Positions 18,269-29,200 of a stretch of 64,000 bases of DNA are shown in pieces (the first letter of the stretch is position 1; every line of letters begins with the position of its first letter). The position numbers were made by a program, and so were the translations under genes. Source of the DNA: Nitrospinales bacterium (GTDB lineage Bacteria; Nitrospinota; Nitrospinia; Nitrospinales; VA-1); contig CBDCWG010000012.1 in NCBI GenBank assembly GCA_965223345.1, positions 224,001 to 288,000 on the forward strand, given 5' to 3'. The notes below the pieces were generated by a model. It was not told the DNA's origin. It ran no database searches and saw nothing but the letters and a program-made list of their open reading frames with translations.

Positions 18269-18538
18269 ATGAACAAAGGCGCATTTCTCACCATCGGATT
18301 TCTGCTGTTCGTCAGCTACCTCTCCTTCACCCTCATCTGGACGGGCAACAAGTGGCAGTGCCACGTCTGCATCGTCTACAAGGACAAGGAAGTCTGCCAG
18401 GAGATCAAGGGCATGGAAAAAGAGGAAACGATGATGGTCGGCATCAGCACCGCCTGCGGCGGCGCCGCCAACGGCATGACCGAATCCATCGAATGCCAGG
18501 CCCAGCCCCCGACAAAAATGCAGTGCAAGGAGCTGTAG
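18269..18538 (+). CDS. Small membrane-anchored or exported six-cysteine protein
   Basis: 89 aa; hydrophobic N-terminus followed by 6 Cys; starts 6 nt after orn; codon usage looks host-like. Confidence 0.75.
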   Translation: MNKGAFLTIGFLLFVSYLSFTLIWTGNKWQCHVCIVYKDKEVCQEIKGMEKEETMMVGISTACGGAANGMTESIECQAQPPTKMQCKEL

Positions 18539-18656
18539 CTCCCCGCACCCCTGCCGCCACACTTTTCAGCGCGCACTACCGCGACCGTCGTTTCTCCACA
18601 AAAGCAAGCCTCGCGCAACACCCGCCGCTCCCTTCAGACATAGAGTAAAAAGCTCG

Positions 18657-19023
18657 ACAGGATGAACAGGATGAAGGCTTGGGATAAAAGCAAGAAAAGG
18701 GAAGTCCCATCCTTTGTCATTTTTCTTTATCTTGTGATTGGCGTTGAACGATTGCCTCAGGTCTTGGACACTCTGCGTTCTTTGCGCCTTTGTGGTGATC
18801 TGATTTTTTGTTTTTTTTAGGATCAGCCGTTGTTCAAAGGTTTCTGGAAAAGCTTTTTTTTCAACGCAAAGGCGCAAAGAACGCAAAGAAAAACCGAAAC
18901 AGAGAAGCTAAAAAAAACCTCTCCCCTGGAGGGAGGTCAAGCAAAGCTCGCCACCCGCTCATTAAATACGGGAGGTGGCTTGGGTGAGGCGGATTCGTCA
19001 CCCTGAGCCTGTCGAAGCATGAC
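18657..19023. repeat. Intergenic mosaic of REP-like short repeats and inverted repeats
   Basis: Tandem ACAGGATGA x2; 21/22-bp inverted repeat at 18771-18792 / 18867-18888; CCTCTCCCCTGGAGGGAGG; GTCACCCTGAGCCTGTCGAAGCATGAC. Confidence 0.7.
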
Positions 19024-19075
19024 AAAGGTCCCGCAAGGAGAAGAAGGTTGAGGTGAGAAGGAATCAGCAAGACCT

Positions 19076-19561
19076 TCAAATTCCATCCACAGGGATGGCT
19101 TCGAGGAAGGCGATGTAGGCTACAGGCAGTCGCCAGTGGTGCGCGCCGCGCACCAGATGCGCTTTGTAGACCGCGCTGGTGGGATAGGTTTGCGTGGGGT
19201 TGTGAACCTGATACAGCTCCACCGTCCGTGTGTCGCCGTTGTTCCCGCTTTCCCACACCACGGTTTCTTTACGGCTGTACGCTCCGGCTTCCACTTGCCG
19301 TTGCGGGTCGTAGCCTTCGATGGCGTCCAGCGCGATGAATTCATCCGCATGCATGCGGTACACCACACCCCACACGCTTTGATCGTTGTCGGGAAGCACG
19401 TCGGCCACGCCGCAGCGCCGGTTGGCGCTGGGCGACCAGCGGGTGAACCCGAGGCGGTGGTTCTTCAGTTCGGCGACGCACACGAATTCAGCAGACGGGC
19501 AGCGCCTCTGCATCTGCGGCCAGTCGAGGTTGGAGCCGTAGGCGAAGTAAAGAACGGACAT
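19076..19561 (-). CDS. Gamma-glutamylcyclotransferase family protein
   Basis: LYFAYGSNL, VWGVVY, LDAIEG, C-terminal P..Y...GA...LP..YI pattern. Confidence 0.9.
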   Translation of the reverse strand: MSVLYFAYGSNLDWPQMQRRCPSAEFVCVAELKNHRLGFTRWSPSANRRCGVADVLPDNDQSVWGVVYRMHADEFIALDAIEGYDPQRQVEAGAYSRKETVVWESGNNGDTRTVELYQVHNPTQTYPTSAVYKAHLVRGAHHWRLPVAYIAFLEAIPVDGI

Positions 19562-19574
19562 TGGGTAAAGCGGG

Positions 19575-20288
19575 TCAGCCTGGCTCCCCGCACACGAGGT
19601 GGTAGACTTCCTGGTATTTTTCCTCGACGCTGCCGAGATCGAAGCGGAACCGGTCCTTGTCCATCTTCTCGCCGGTGTCCCAGTTCCACAGCCGGCATCC
19701 GTCCGGGCTGATCTCGTCGCCGAGCAGCACCTCGCCTTTGTGTCGGCCGAACTCGAGCTTGAAATCCACCAGCCGGATCTGCCTCTGCTTGAAAAATTCG
19801 AACATCAGCCGGTTGACGGTTTTGCCCTTCTCCTTGAGCAGCGCGATCTCTTCCTCGCTCGCCCAGCCGAAGGTGATGCAGTGCGAATCGTTGATCATCG
19901 GATCGTGCAGCGGATCGTTTTTGAGAAAAAACTCGAGGACCGGCGGTTCGAGCACCTTTTTTTCCTCGATGCCGAGGCGCTTGCACAGGCTGCCGGCGGC
20001 GACGTTGCGCAGCACCACTTCGACGGGAATGATGTCGAGCTTTTTCACCAGCATCTCGCGGTCGGAAAGCATCTCGACGAAATGCGTGGCGACGCCCTGC
20101 TCTTCGAGGTATTGAAAAATCCTGGTGGACACCTGGTTGTTGATGCCGCCTTTATCGACGATGGTGCCCTTCTTGACGCCGTCGAACGCGCTGGCGTCGT
20201 CCTTGAAATACTGGATCACCAGATCCGGGTCGTCGGTGGCGTAGATGATCTTGGCTTTGCCTTCGTAGAGTTTTTCCTGGCGTTTCAT
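19575..20288 (-). CDS. purC: SAICAR synthetase
   Basis: LYEGKAKIIY, IIPVEVVLRN.AAGS, LVDFKLEFG, DEISPD, DKDRFR; GGAG RBS before ATG 20288. Confidence 0.97.
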   Translation of the reverse strand: MKRQEKLYEGKAKIIYATDDPDLVIQYFKDDASAFDGVKKGTIVDKGGINNQVSTRIFQYLEEQGVATHFVEMLSDREMLVKKLDIIPVEVVLRNVAAGSLCKRLGIEEKKVLEPPVLEFFLKNDPLHDPMINDSHCITFGWASEEEIALLKEKGKTVNRLMFEFFKQRQIRLVDFKLEFGRHKGEVLLGDEISPDGCRLWNWDTGEKMDKDRFRFDLGSVEEKYQEVYHLVCGEPG

Positions 20289-20304
20289 GGTCTCCCCATT
20301 ATTT

Positions 20305-21597
20305 TCATCCAAACACGCGTTTGAAGATGGTGTTGACATTTTTAAACTGGTTTTTCAACTGCATGGCATTCTCGATTTCTTTCTGCGTCAGGTGCTGCTG
20401 GATTTCCTTGTCTTTTTTCAGCAGGGTGGAAAAATCCTTGCCCTGCTCCCACACCGGCATGGCGTTGCGCTGCACCAGGCGGTACGCGTCCTCGCGGCTC
20501 ACGCCCTTGCGGATCAGCGCCAGCATGACGTTCTGCGAAAACACGAGGCCGCGCGTCTGCTCGAGGTTTTTCATCATGTTTTCCGGATACACCACCAGGT
20601 TGTCGATCATCCGGGTCATGCGTTTCAGCATGTAGTGGATGAGGATGGTGCTGTCGGGCCCGATCACGCGCTCGACCGAGGAATGGCTGATGTCGCGCTC
20701 GTGCCACAGCGGCATGTTCTCCATGGCGGCGAGCGCGTTGGCGCGCACGACGCGCGACAATCCGGACATCTGCTCGGAAACCACGGGGTTGCGTTTGTGC
20801 GGCATGGCCGAGGACCCTTTCTGGCCGGCCGAGAAAAATTCCTCCGCCTCCAGAACCTCGGTGCGCTGCAGGTGGCGGATCTCGGTGGCGATCTTGTCCA
20901 GCGTCCCTCCCAGGATGGCGAGGGTGGTGAAATACTCGGCGTGCCTATCGCGCTGAATGATCTGGCTGGAGACGGGCGCGGGTTTGAGGCCCAGTTTTTT
21001 GCAGACGTGCGCCTCGACCGCCGGATCGACGCTGGCAAACGTTCCCATCGCGCCGGAGATCTGCCCGACGGCGATGCGCTGCCTGGCGCGCTTCATGCGC
21101 TCGATGTTGCGCTGGATCTCCTCGTACCAGATCGCGAGCTTCAGCCCGAAGGTGATGGGCTCGCCGTGGATACCGTGTGAGCGGCCGATCATCGGCGTGT
21201 TTTTGTGCTCGAGCGCGCGTTTCTTGATGGCGGCGGCGAAATGGGCGAGTTCCTTGAGGATGAGATTGGCCGCGTCCTTGAGCTGCACGGCAAACGCGGT
21301 GTCGAGCACGTCCGAGGAAGTCAGGCCCAGATGCAGGAAACGCGCGGATTCCCCGACGTTTTCGCCGACGCAGGTGAGGAAGGCGATCACGTCGTGCTTG
21401 ACCTCCTTTTCGATGGCTTCGATGCGCTCGATGTCGAAGCGGGCGTGCTTCTTGATGTCCTCCACCGCCGCGGCCGGAATTTCCTTACGCTCTGCGAGCG
21501 CCTCACAGGCCAGTATTTCGATTTTCAGCCAGACATTGAACTTGTGGGTCGGCTCCCAGATTGCCGCCATTTCCGGCAGCGTGTAGCGCTCGATCAC
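20305..21597 (-). CDS. purB: Adenylosuccinate lyase
   Basis: MIERY, KHDVIAF, HLGLTSSD, GRSHGIH, GSSAMPHKRNP, LWHERDISHSSVER. Confidence 0.98.
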   Translation of the reverse strand: MIERYTLPEMAAIWEPTHKFNVWLKIEILACEALAERKEIPAAAVEDIKKHARFDIERIEAIEKEVKHDVIAFLTCVGENVGESARFLHLGLTSSDVLDTAFAVQLKDAANLILKELAHFAAAIKKRALEHKNTPMIGRSHGIHGEPITFGLKLAIWYEEIQRNIERMKRARQRIAVGQISGAMGTFASVDPAVEAHVCKKLGLKPAPVSSQIIQRDRHAEYFTTLAILGGTLDKIATEIRHLQRTEVLEAEEFFSAGQKGSSAMPHKRNPVVSEQMSGLSRVVRANALAAMENMPLWHERDISHSSVERVIGPDSTILIHYMLKRMTRMIDNLVVYPENMMKNLEQTRGLVFSQNVMLALIRKGVSREDAYRLVQRNAMPVWEQGKDFSTLLKKDKEIQQHLTQKEIENAMQLKNQFKNVNTIFKRVFG

Positions 21598-21861
21598 GCT
21601 TCCATCCTCGCTGTATGGGGGTTCAAGATTGGGTTGCTGGGTGCAAAGCAGTTTTATACAATGATTTTTGCAGGTGACGCGCCAATCTTAAACGCAATCG
21701 CCAGCGAAATCAATCCCCGAGATCCCTTTCGCCCTGAATTCCGCAGGCCCCGGCCGGTGTCTGCGCATGGTGCCGGGAGGGGTTTTTTAGCAATTCCGTC
21801 GCGCCTCTTTCAGAATCCGCTTTGTTGCGAGAGGCGTGCGAGCGAAAGGTGTGAAGCCGGT

Positions 21862-22347
21862 ATGTATCGAGTCTGTTTTGTGTGTCTGGGAAACATCTGC
21901 CGTTCCCCCATGGCCCAGGGGGTGTTCGAAAAACTGGTGACCGAGCACGGGCTGCAGGACAAGATCGCCATCAGCTCGGCGGGCACGGGCGACTGGCATG
22001 TGGGCTCTCCGCCGGATTCGCGCGCGCAGAGCAAGGCGCGCCAGCACGGCGTCGTCCTCAACTCGCGCGCCCAACAGTTCGCGGCGGCGGATTTCCCGGA
22101 GCAGGACCTGATCCTGGCGATGGACCAGAGCAACCTCGATTCCCTGTTCCGCCTCTGTCCCGACCCGCGGCTTGCGGAACGGCTGCGGCTGTTCCGCTCC
22201 TTCGACCCGGACAGCAACGGCGATATGGACGTGCCGGACCCCTACTACGGTGGCGCCATGGGCTTCGACACGGTGTTTCAGATCATCGAGCGCACCTGTC
22301 CCGAGATCCTGAACTTCATCCGCGAACGCACCGGAATCCGGCCATGA
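21862..22347 (+). CDS. Low-molecular-weight protein-tyrosine phosphatase
   Basis: FVCLGNICRSPMA, SAGT, ILAMD, DVPDPYYGG. Confidence 0.95.
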   Translation: MYRVCFVCLGNICRSPMAQGVFEKLVTEHGLQDKIAISSAGTGDWHVGSPPDSRAQSKARQHGVVLNSRAQQFAAADFPEQDLILAMDQSNLDSLFRLCPDPRLAERLRLFRSFDPDSNGDMDVPDPYYGGAMGFDTVFQIIERTCPEILNFIRERTGIRP

Positions 22348-23222
22348 ACGAGGTGATCCGCACCCTCCTGCAATCGGTGTTCGGCGAAGACATCGGCATT
22401 CAATCCTCCCGCGCGGTGGGCGGCGGCTCCATCAACCAGACGCAGATCCTCACCCTCTCCAACGGGGAAAAGGTGTTCCTGAAATACAACGCCCGCCCGC
22501 CCAAGGACCTGTTCCCGGCCGAATCGCGCGGACTCCAGCTTCTGCGCACCGCCAGGAACGGACCGCGCGTCCCCAAGCCGCTGGCGCTGGAGCCCGGAGC
22601 CTGCCCGCGCTATTTCATCCTCGAATACATCGAAGAGGGATCGCCCGCGGACGGGTTTTATCCGCGCTTTGCCGAAACCCTGGCCAACCTGCACCGCACG
22701 CACTGGGACCACCACGGCCTCGACTACGACAACTTCATCGGCTCGACGGTGCAGAAAAACACGCCGGAGAAAGACGCGCTGGTATTCTTTCGCGAACACC
22801 GCCTGCGGTTTCAGCAGGCACTGGCGCGTAAATCCGGTCTATTGCCCGCGGCGCTCGACAAAAAGATCGATGCGCTGTGCGAGAAGCTGGCGGACCTCAT
22901 CGATGTGACGGGCGAGAAGCCGGCGCTTTTGCACGGGGATCTGTGGTCGGGCAATTATTTCGCGTCTGCGGACCAGACTCCCTGCCTGTTCGATCCCGCC
23001 GCCTATTTCGGCCTGCGCGAATCCGACCTCGCGATGACCGAGCTTTTCGGCAGCTTGCCACAGGCCTTCTACAAGGCTTATGATGAGGTGCACCCGCTCA
23101 ATCCCGGTTACGGAGAAAGGAAGGACCTGTACAACCTGTACCACCTTCTCAACCATCTCAATCTCTTTGGAAACGCCTACCTCGGTTCGGTCGAGACCCT
23201 CGTTCACCGGTACACGCGCTGA
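22344..23222 (+). CDS. Fructosamine/ribulosamine 3-kinase family protein
   Basis: VGGGSIN, FLKYN, DNFIGST.Q.N, LLHGDLWSGN, FDPAAY, DLAM..LFG, LYHLLNHLNLFG; ATGA overlap with the phosphatase gene. Confidence 0.93.
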   Translation: MNEVIRTLLQSVFGEDIGIQSSRAVGGGSINQTQILTLSNGEKVFLKYNARPPKDLFPAESRGLQLLRTARNGPRVPKPLALEPGACPRYFILEYIEEGSPADGFYPRFAETLANLHRTHWDHHGLDYDNFIGSTVQKNTPEKDALVFFREHRLRFQQALARKSGLLPAALDKKIDALCEKLADLIDVTGEKPALLHGDLWSGNYFASADQTPCLFDPAAYFGLRESDLAMTELFGSLPQAFYKAYDEVHPLNPGYGERKDLYNLYHLLNHLNLFGNAYLGSVETLVHRYTR

Positions 23223-23250
23223 GCGTTTCCATGCGAGTGGAGGAATTCCC

Positions 23251-26200
23251 ATGCGTTCTCTGTCCTTTGCCGCGGGGCGGCCTGCTGTTTCCCTCTTTCT
23301 CTATTTCCTGTTTATCACGATCCTGCTTGCACTCAACGCACCGGCTCTGAGCGCCGCGCCCGCCGATTACCAGCGCCTGAAAGCCGAGGCGGAAAAATTC
23401 TATCGGCAGGGTTCCTTCGCGAAAGCGCACAAGCTGTACGCGCAGACCAACGCGCTGGAGCTGGATCTCAAAGAACGACGCTGGGTGGATTTCAGGATCG
23501 CGGACACGCTGTGGCGCGAACAGGCGGCGACGAAACAAGCCGACGCCTCGGCGTTCGACCGGGCGCGGCGGCAGCTCGACTTTCTCATCCGCGACATCAC
23601 GCGCGAAGAAGAAAAGGACCGGGTGTGGGCGGAGGTGCACGAATCGCTGGGGGATTTCTGGTGGCTGCGCTCCAGATCGAAAAACTGGGGCCAGGGCTGG
23701 ACGCATTACCAGAAAGCCCTGGACTGGTGGGCGGGGGCGAAGGACATCGAGCTGGCGCGCACGCGCTATCTCGGCATGGTCTGGAACATCGCCAGCCCGC
23801 ACTGGCGCGAGCCGTATTACTACTACGGGTATTACGGCAACATGCTTCCGGTCGCCATCGTGGAGAACGCGCTGAAAATTTCAAAGAGCGAACAGGACCG
23901 GGTGCGGGCGCAGTACCTGCTCGCCATGACGCTCAAGCAGCGGGGCGGATGGGAACAGCGCGAGCGCGTTCCCGAGGCGTTCGAGGCGGTGATCGCCGCG
24001 GGCAAAACCTTCGAGTGGTACGACGACGCGCTGTTTCAATACGCGGAGTGGCTGAACAACCAGGGCAACGTCGTCGTGCTGGAGAACGGCGGGCAGCGGC
24101 AGGAACGGGATCACGTGAAAGCACTCAAACTGTACCGGCGGCTGGTGCGGGAATTCAAAAAAGGCGAGACGCGGCATTTCGATGCGGCCCAACGCCGGAT
24201 CGAAACCATCACCAAGCCGGTGCTGAACCTCAGCGTCGGCCATGTGTTCGTGCCCGATTCGGAAATCGAGGTGCGCCTGCACTGGCGCAACGTCGAGAGA
24301 GCGGGGCTGGCGCTGTATGCGGTGGACCTGACGCGCGATGTGAATTTCGAGAAGGACAAGGGCGCGCACGACTGGATCCACCAGATCAACCTGCGTCTGA
24401 AAAAGAAATTCACCTCCTGGAGTGAGGACACCGAGGACGACGGCAAACACAAGCCGGGACAGAAAACCATCGCCTTCAAAAAGAAACTGCCGCCGGGCGC
24501 TTACATCTTGGAAGCGACGGGAGGCGGCGCGCGCGCCCGCGACCTGATCCTCGTCACGGAAGCGGCGCTGGTGCTCAAAACCACGGGCAAGCAGGCTCTG
24601 GTCTACTTCTGCGACGCGATGAGCGGCGCGCCGATCGCAAACGCACGGGTCGCGCTCTGGGAGCGTCACTACACCGGCCGCAAATGGGTGTGGTCGGACC
24701 GCACGGCGCAGACCGACGCCGACGGGCTGGCGCGTTTCGAGCTGAAGGATTCGCGCCACAGCGAAGAACTGTTCGCCGCGGCTCTCGAGAGCGACCGGCA
24801 GGCCTTCGGCATCGGCCACAACCGCCGCTATCATCTCGACCGGGCGCAGTGGAAACTGTACGCCTTCACTGACCGGCCCGCCTACCGGCCCGGCGAAACG
24901 GCCGAGTGGAAACTCACCGCGAGGACTTACGACGGCTCGCTGTATTCGACGCCGTCCGGCAGCACGGTGGAATACAAGATCACCGACCCGAAAGGCGCGA
25001 AGGTGGCCGAAGGTGCTTTGAAGCTCAACGATTTCGGCAGCGCCTGGAGCGAGCTCGCGCTGACCGAAACCATGCCGCTGGGAACGTACCGCGTGAGCTT
25101 CTGGATCGAGGGCAGGAAAAAACACATCGGCGACGCTTCGTTGTTCGCCCTGGAGGAATACAAGCTGCCGGAATTTTCGGTGCGCGTGGCGACGCCCGAG
25201 GAAGACGACAAAAAGAAATCGTTCCAGCTCGGAGACAAAGTAACGGTCGATATCGACGCGGAATACTATTTCGGCGGGCCGGTGGCCAACGCGAACGTGG
25301 AGGTGTTTCTCTACCAGCGCCCGTTTTATCCGGCATGGCGGCCCGAGCGGCCCTATCCCTGGTACTACGAGGACCGCACGCCGCGCCATTGGGGCGGCCG
25401 GGGGCAGCAGATGCAGCGGCAGGTGCTCAAAACCGATCCGGAGGGGCGGGCGCGTTTCAGTTTCGACACGAAGCGCAGCGGGCAGGACCTGGAATACACG
25501 ATCGAGGCACGCGTGACCGACGCCTCCAGAAGGGAGATCGTCGGCCGCGGCAGCGTGCGCGTGACGAAACAGAAATACTACGTCTACCTGAATCCCAAGC
25601 ACCGCATCTACCGGCCGCAGGACCGGCTGGACACCGAGATCAAATCCCTGGATGCCAACGATCAGCCGGTGCAGGCGGCGGGGGAGATCCGCGTGACGCG
25701 GGATTTCTGGTTCGAGATCTGGATCGATCCGCAAGGACGCGAGGTGCAGGGTGCGGCGCTCGAGGCGGCGCGCAAGGCGAGCATTGTGTTCCCGCCGCCG
25801 CCCCCGGTTCCCGGTGGTCCCTCCTGGCGTTTGAAATTCCGCGGCTACCAGCACGACGAAATCCTCAAGCAGCGGGTGGCGACCAACGCGGAGGGGGAAG
25901 CACTGTTCACTTTCACGCCCGAGCGCGAGGGCTATTACCGCATCGCGTTCACCAGCGAGGAGAAACACCGCGTTCCCATCAAGGCGGAAACGACGGTCTG
26001 GGTGGCGACGGGCGACACAGCGCATCTGGGCATGCGGCCGGGCGGGCTTCAGATCATCGTCGATAAGGACACCTTTCAGGCCGGTCAAACGGCTCCGGTC
26101 ATGCTGGTGGCGCCTGCGAGCGGCCGTCACGTTCTGTTCAGCGTCGAAGGGGACGACCTGTTGAGCCACCGGCTGGTGCATCTCACCGGATCGGTGAAAC

Positions 26201-29200
26201 TCATCGAGCTCGCCATCGGGGAAAAACACGTCCCCAACATTTTTTTGAACGCGGTGATGGTGAACGACCGGCAGATCTATCAGGACACGAAGCAGGTGGT
26301 GGTGCCGCCGGTGAAAAACTTCCTCAACGTGTCGGTGGCCGCGGACCGGGAAGGGTACGAGCCGCGGGAGGAAGGCACATACACGGTCACCACCACCGAT
26401 CACGCGGGAAAACCGGTGTCGGCGGAGGTGGCGCTGGGCGTGGCGGACGCCTCGGTCTACACCATTCAGGAAGAGATGGCCCCGGATCCGCGGCAGTTTT
26501 TCTTCGGCCGGAAGCGCATTCAGCGTCCGCAGACCGTGAGCACGTTCAACTTCCGCCGCTACATGAAACTGGTGGAAGACGGTGAAGGACGATTGATCGA
26601 CGCGCGGTTGCAGACAGGAGACAAAGAAGAAGCACGCAGCAATATCGTCGGTCAAAGAAGCGGGTCCGCCGGCAGCTACCGGCAAGACGGAAAGTCGATA
26701 CAGGGACTGTCTGCACGCGCACCGGCCCCGGCGGCAAAGAGCCGCAGCGAGGCGTTCGCCGACGACAGCATGGTGGCGGAGGAAGCGGCGGCGTTTGAAA
26801 TGGAAGCCGACGCCGGCGGAGGAGGCGAGGCCGCGGTGACGGTGCGATCGGATTTTCGCTCGACCGCGTTCTGGCAGCCGGATCTCAGGACGGATGCGCA
26901 CGGCAAGGCCAGGGTGAAGGTGAAATTCCCCGACTCGCTGACGCAGTGGAAAGCCACGGCGCGCGCGGTGACGCAGGGCAACCGGTTCGGCATCGCCACC
27001 GGCGAAACCCGCACCCGCAAACCCCTCACGGTGCGCCTGCAGGCGCCGCGGTTTTTTGTGGTGGGCGACAGCCTGACGCTTTCGGCGCTCATCAACAACA
27101 ACACGGAACAGGCGATGACCGTCCGCCCCGCCCTCGATGTGGAGGGGATCAGCGTCTCGGCCCGCATGCAGAACGGCAAGAAGGTGGGCAGGGGCGATCC
27201 GCTTAAAATCGCCGCCAACGGGGAAACGCGGGTGGACTGGTTCGTGTCGGCGCAGCGGCCCGGTGAAGCGCGCATCCGCGTGACCGCCGCGGGCAAGACG
27301 CACGCGGATGCGATGGAAAAATCCTATCCCGTGCACGAGCACGGCGTGGAGAAGCTGATCGCCAGATCGGGCAAGATGTCCGGTTCCGATCTCACGGTGG
27401 GGTTTGACATTCCTAAAGAACGCAAAGCCAAATCCACCGAACTCACGCTGCAGGTCGCACCGAGCATCGCAGTGACGATGCTGGATGCGCTGCCCTACCT
27501 CATCGATTACCCCTACGGCTGCACGGAACAGACGATGAGCCGGTTTCTGCCGGCGGTGATCACGGCGAAAACGCTCGCGGATCTGGGATTGCAACGCGAA
27601 GCGGTCGGCGAACGGATTTTCCGCGGCGGCATCGATCCTGAAACCGCGGCGAAGACCCATCCCAAGGGCAGAAAAAACATGAAGGAGCTCGACGCCATGA
27701 TCGAGAAGGGTCTGGACCGGCTGTACGATTTCCAGCACGCCGACGGCGGCTGGGGCTGGTGGAAGAAGGGCGAGAGCGACGGTTTCATGTCCGCCTATGT
27801 GTTGTGGGGGCTGACGCTCGCGCAGGGCGCGGGTGTGGAGGTGGAATCGGGGGTGCGGTCGCGGGCGGCGAAATTCCTGGACACGCAACTGGTGGAGGCG
27901 GAAAACCGGCTCGATCTGCAGGCCTTCATGCTGCACGCGCTTGCGTCCCGGCACGCGGCGGTGAAAGCGAAAAAACGCGGCAAGCTGCAAGCGCAGGCGT
28001 TCGCAAACCTGTGGTCGAAGCGCACGCAGCTCAACGCGTATGCGCGCGCGCTGCTGGCGCTCAGCGCCCACCACTACGGCGAAAAGAAAAAGGCGCTCAT
28101 CCTGATCGAAAACCTGGAAAACGGTGTGGTGCTGGATCAGACGCCGGACAGCTCGGCGATCCAGCGCGGCAAAAAGAAGGTGCAGCCCTGGATCCTGAAA
28201 ACCGCCCATTGGGGCGAAGACGGGATTTTCCGGCGCTGGTCGGAGGGCGGGGTGGAGGCGACGGCGTTCGCGCTTTCGGCGCTGATCACGATCGACCCGG
28301 GAAACCCGCTGGTGGAGCCGGTGATGAACTGGCTGGTGAAAAACCGGCGCGGTTCGCACTGGAGCAACACGCGCGACACGGCGATGGTGGTGCTGGCGCT
28401 CAACGATTACCTGCGCGCCTCGGGCGAGCTGAGCGGCAGGATGGAATACGAGTTGTGGGTGAACGGAACGTCGCTGGGCAAAACGCGCGTCGAAGACGTG
28501 CTGTCGGCGCCGACGGCCTACCGCATCGACCGCAAGCTGGTCGAGGATGGGACCAATCAGGTCCGCCTCGTGCGGCACAAAGGCGAAGGGCCGCTTTACT
28601 TTTCCATTCAAGCGAAGTTCTTCAGCCTCGAGGAACCGGTGCTTGCGGCCGGCAACGAAATTTTCCTCAGGCGTGATTATTACCAGCTGGTGGGCCGGCC
28701 GACGCTGCTGAAAGGCTACGTGTTCGAAAAAATTCCGCTGAAGGCGGGGGACGCGGTGCGGAGCGGCACGCGCATCGAAACGGTGGTGACGATCGAAACA
28801 AAAAACAACTACGAGTACCTCATCGTCGAAGACCTCAAACCGGCGGGCTTCGAGGCGGTGCGGCTGCGCAGCGGGCAGTCGTTGTACGCACGGGAGTTGA
28901 AGTCCTCGGCGGTGGATCGCAAGATGAAACCGGCCCCGGCGTCGTTCGACGCCTCGACGATCGCCCCGGTGCCGGGAGGCGACTCACAGGATCACACCGG
29001 GCGCACGCGCTGGGTGCATCAGGAGCTGCGCGACCGCAAGACGGCGCTGTTCATCGACAAGCTGCCGCAGGGGGTGTGGGAGATCCGCTACGAGCTGCGG
29101 GCGGAGGTGCCGGGGGAATTCCACGCGCTGCCGGTTCTGGGGCATGCGATGTACATCCCCGAAATCCGCGCCAACGGCGAGGAGACCCGCGTTTCGATCC

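Noticed and set aside
18269..18538. c-type cytochrome
   Set aside because: The motif is CHVCI, not CxxCH.
18657..19023. CRISPR array or IS element
   Set aside because: No regularly spaced direct repeats, no cas or transposase ORF, and no clear target-site duplication.
18566..19256. 106-aa and 131-aa ORFs across the repeat region
   Set aside because: They translate the REP-like repeats, have atypical composition, and one overlaps the GGCT gene.
23881..28611. 1576-aa minus-strand ORF and other long antisense ORFs (e.g. 40026-42362, 45449-47794, 49206-51269)
   Set aside because: Shadows of real genes caused by high GC3; no protein motifs.
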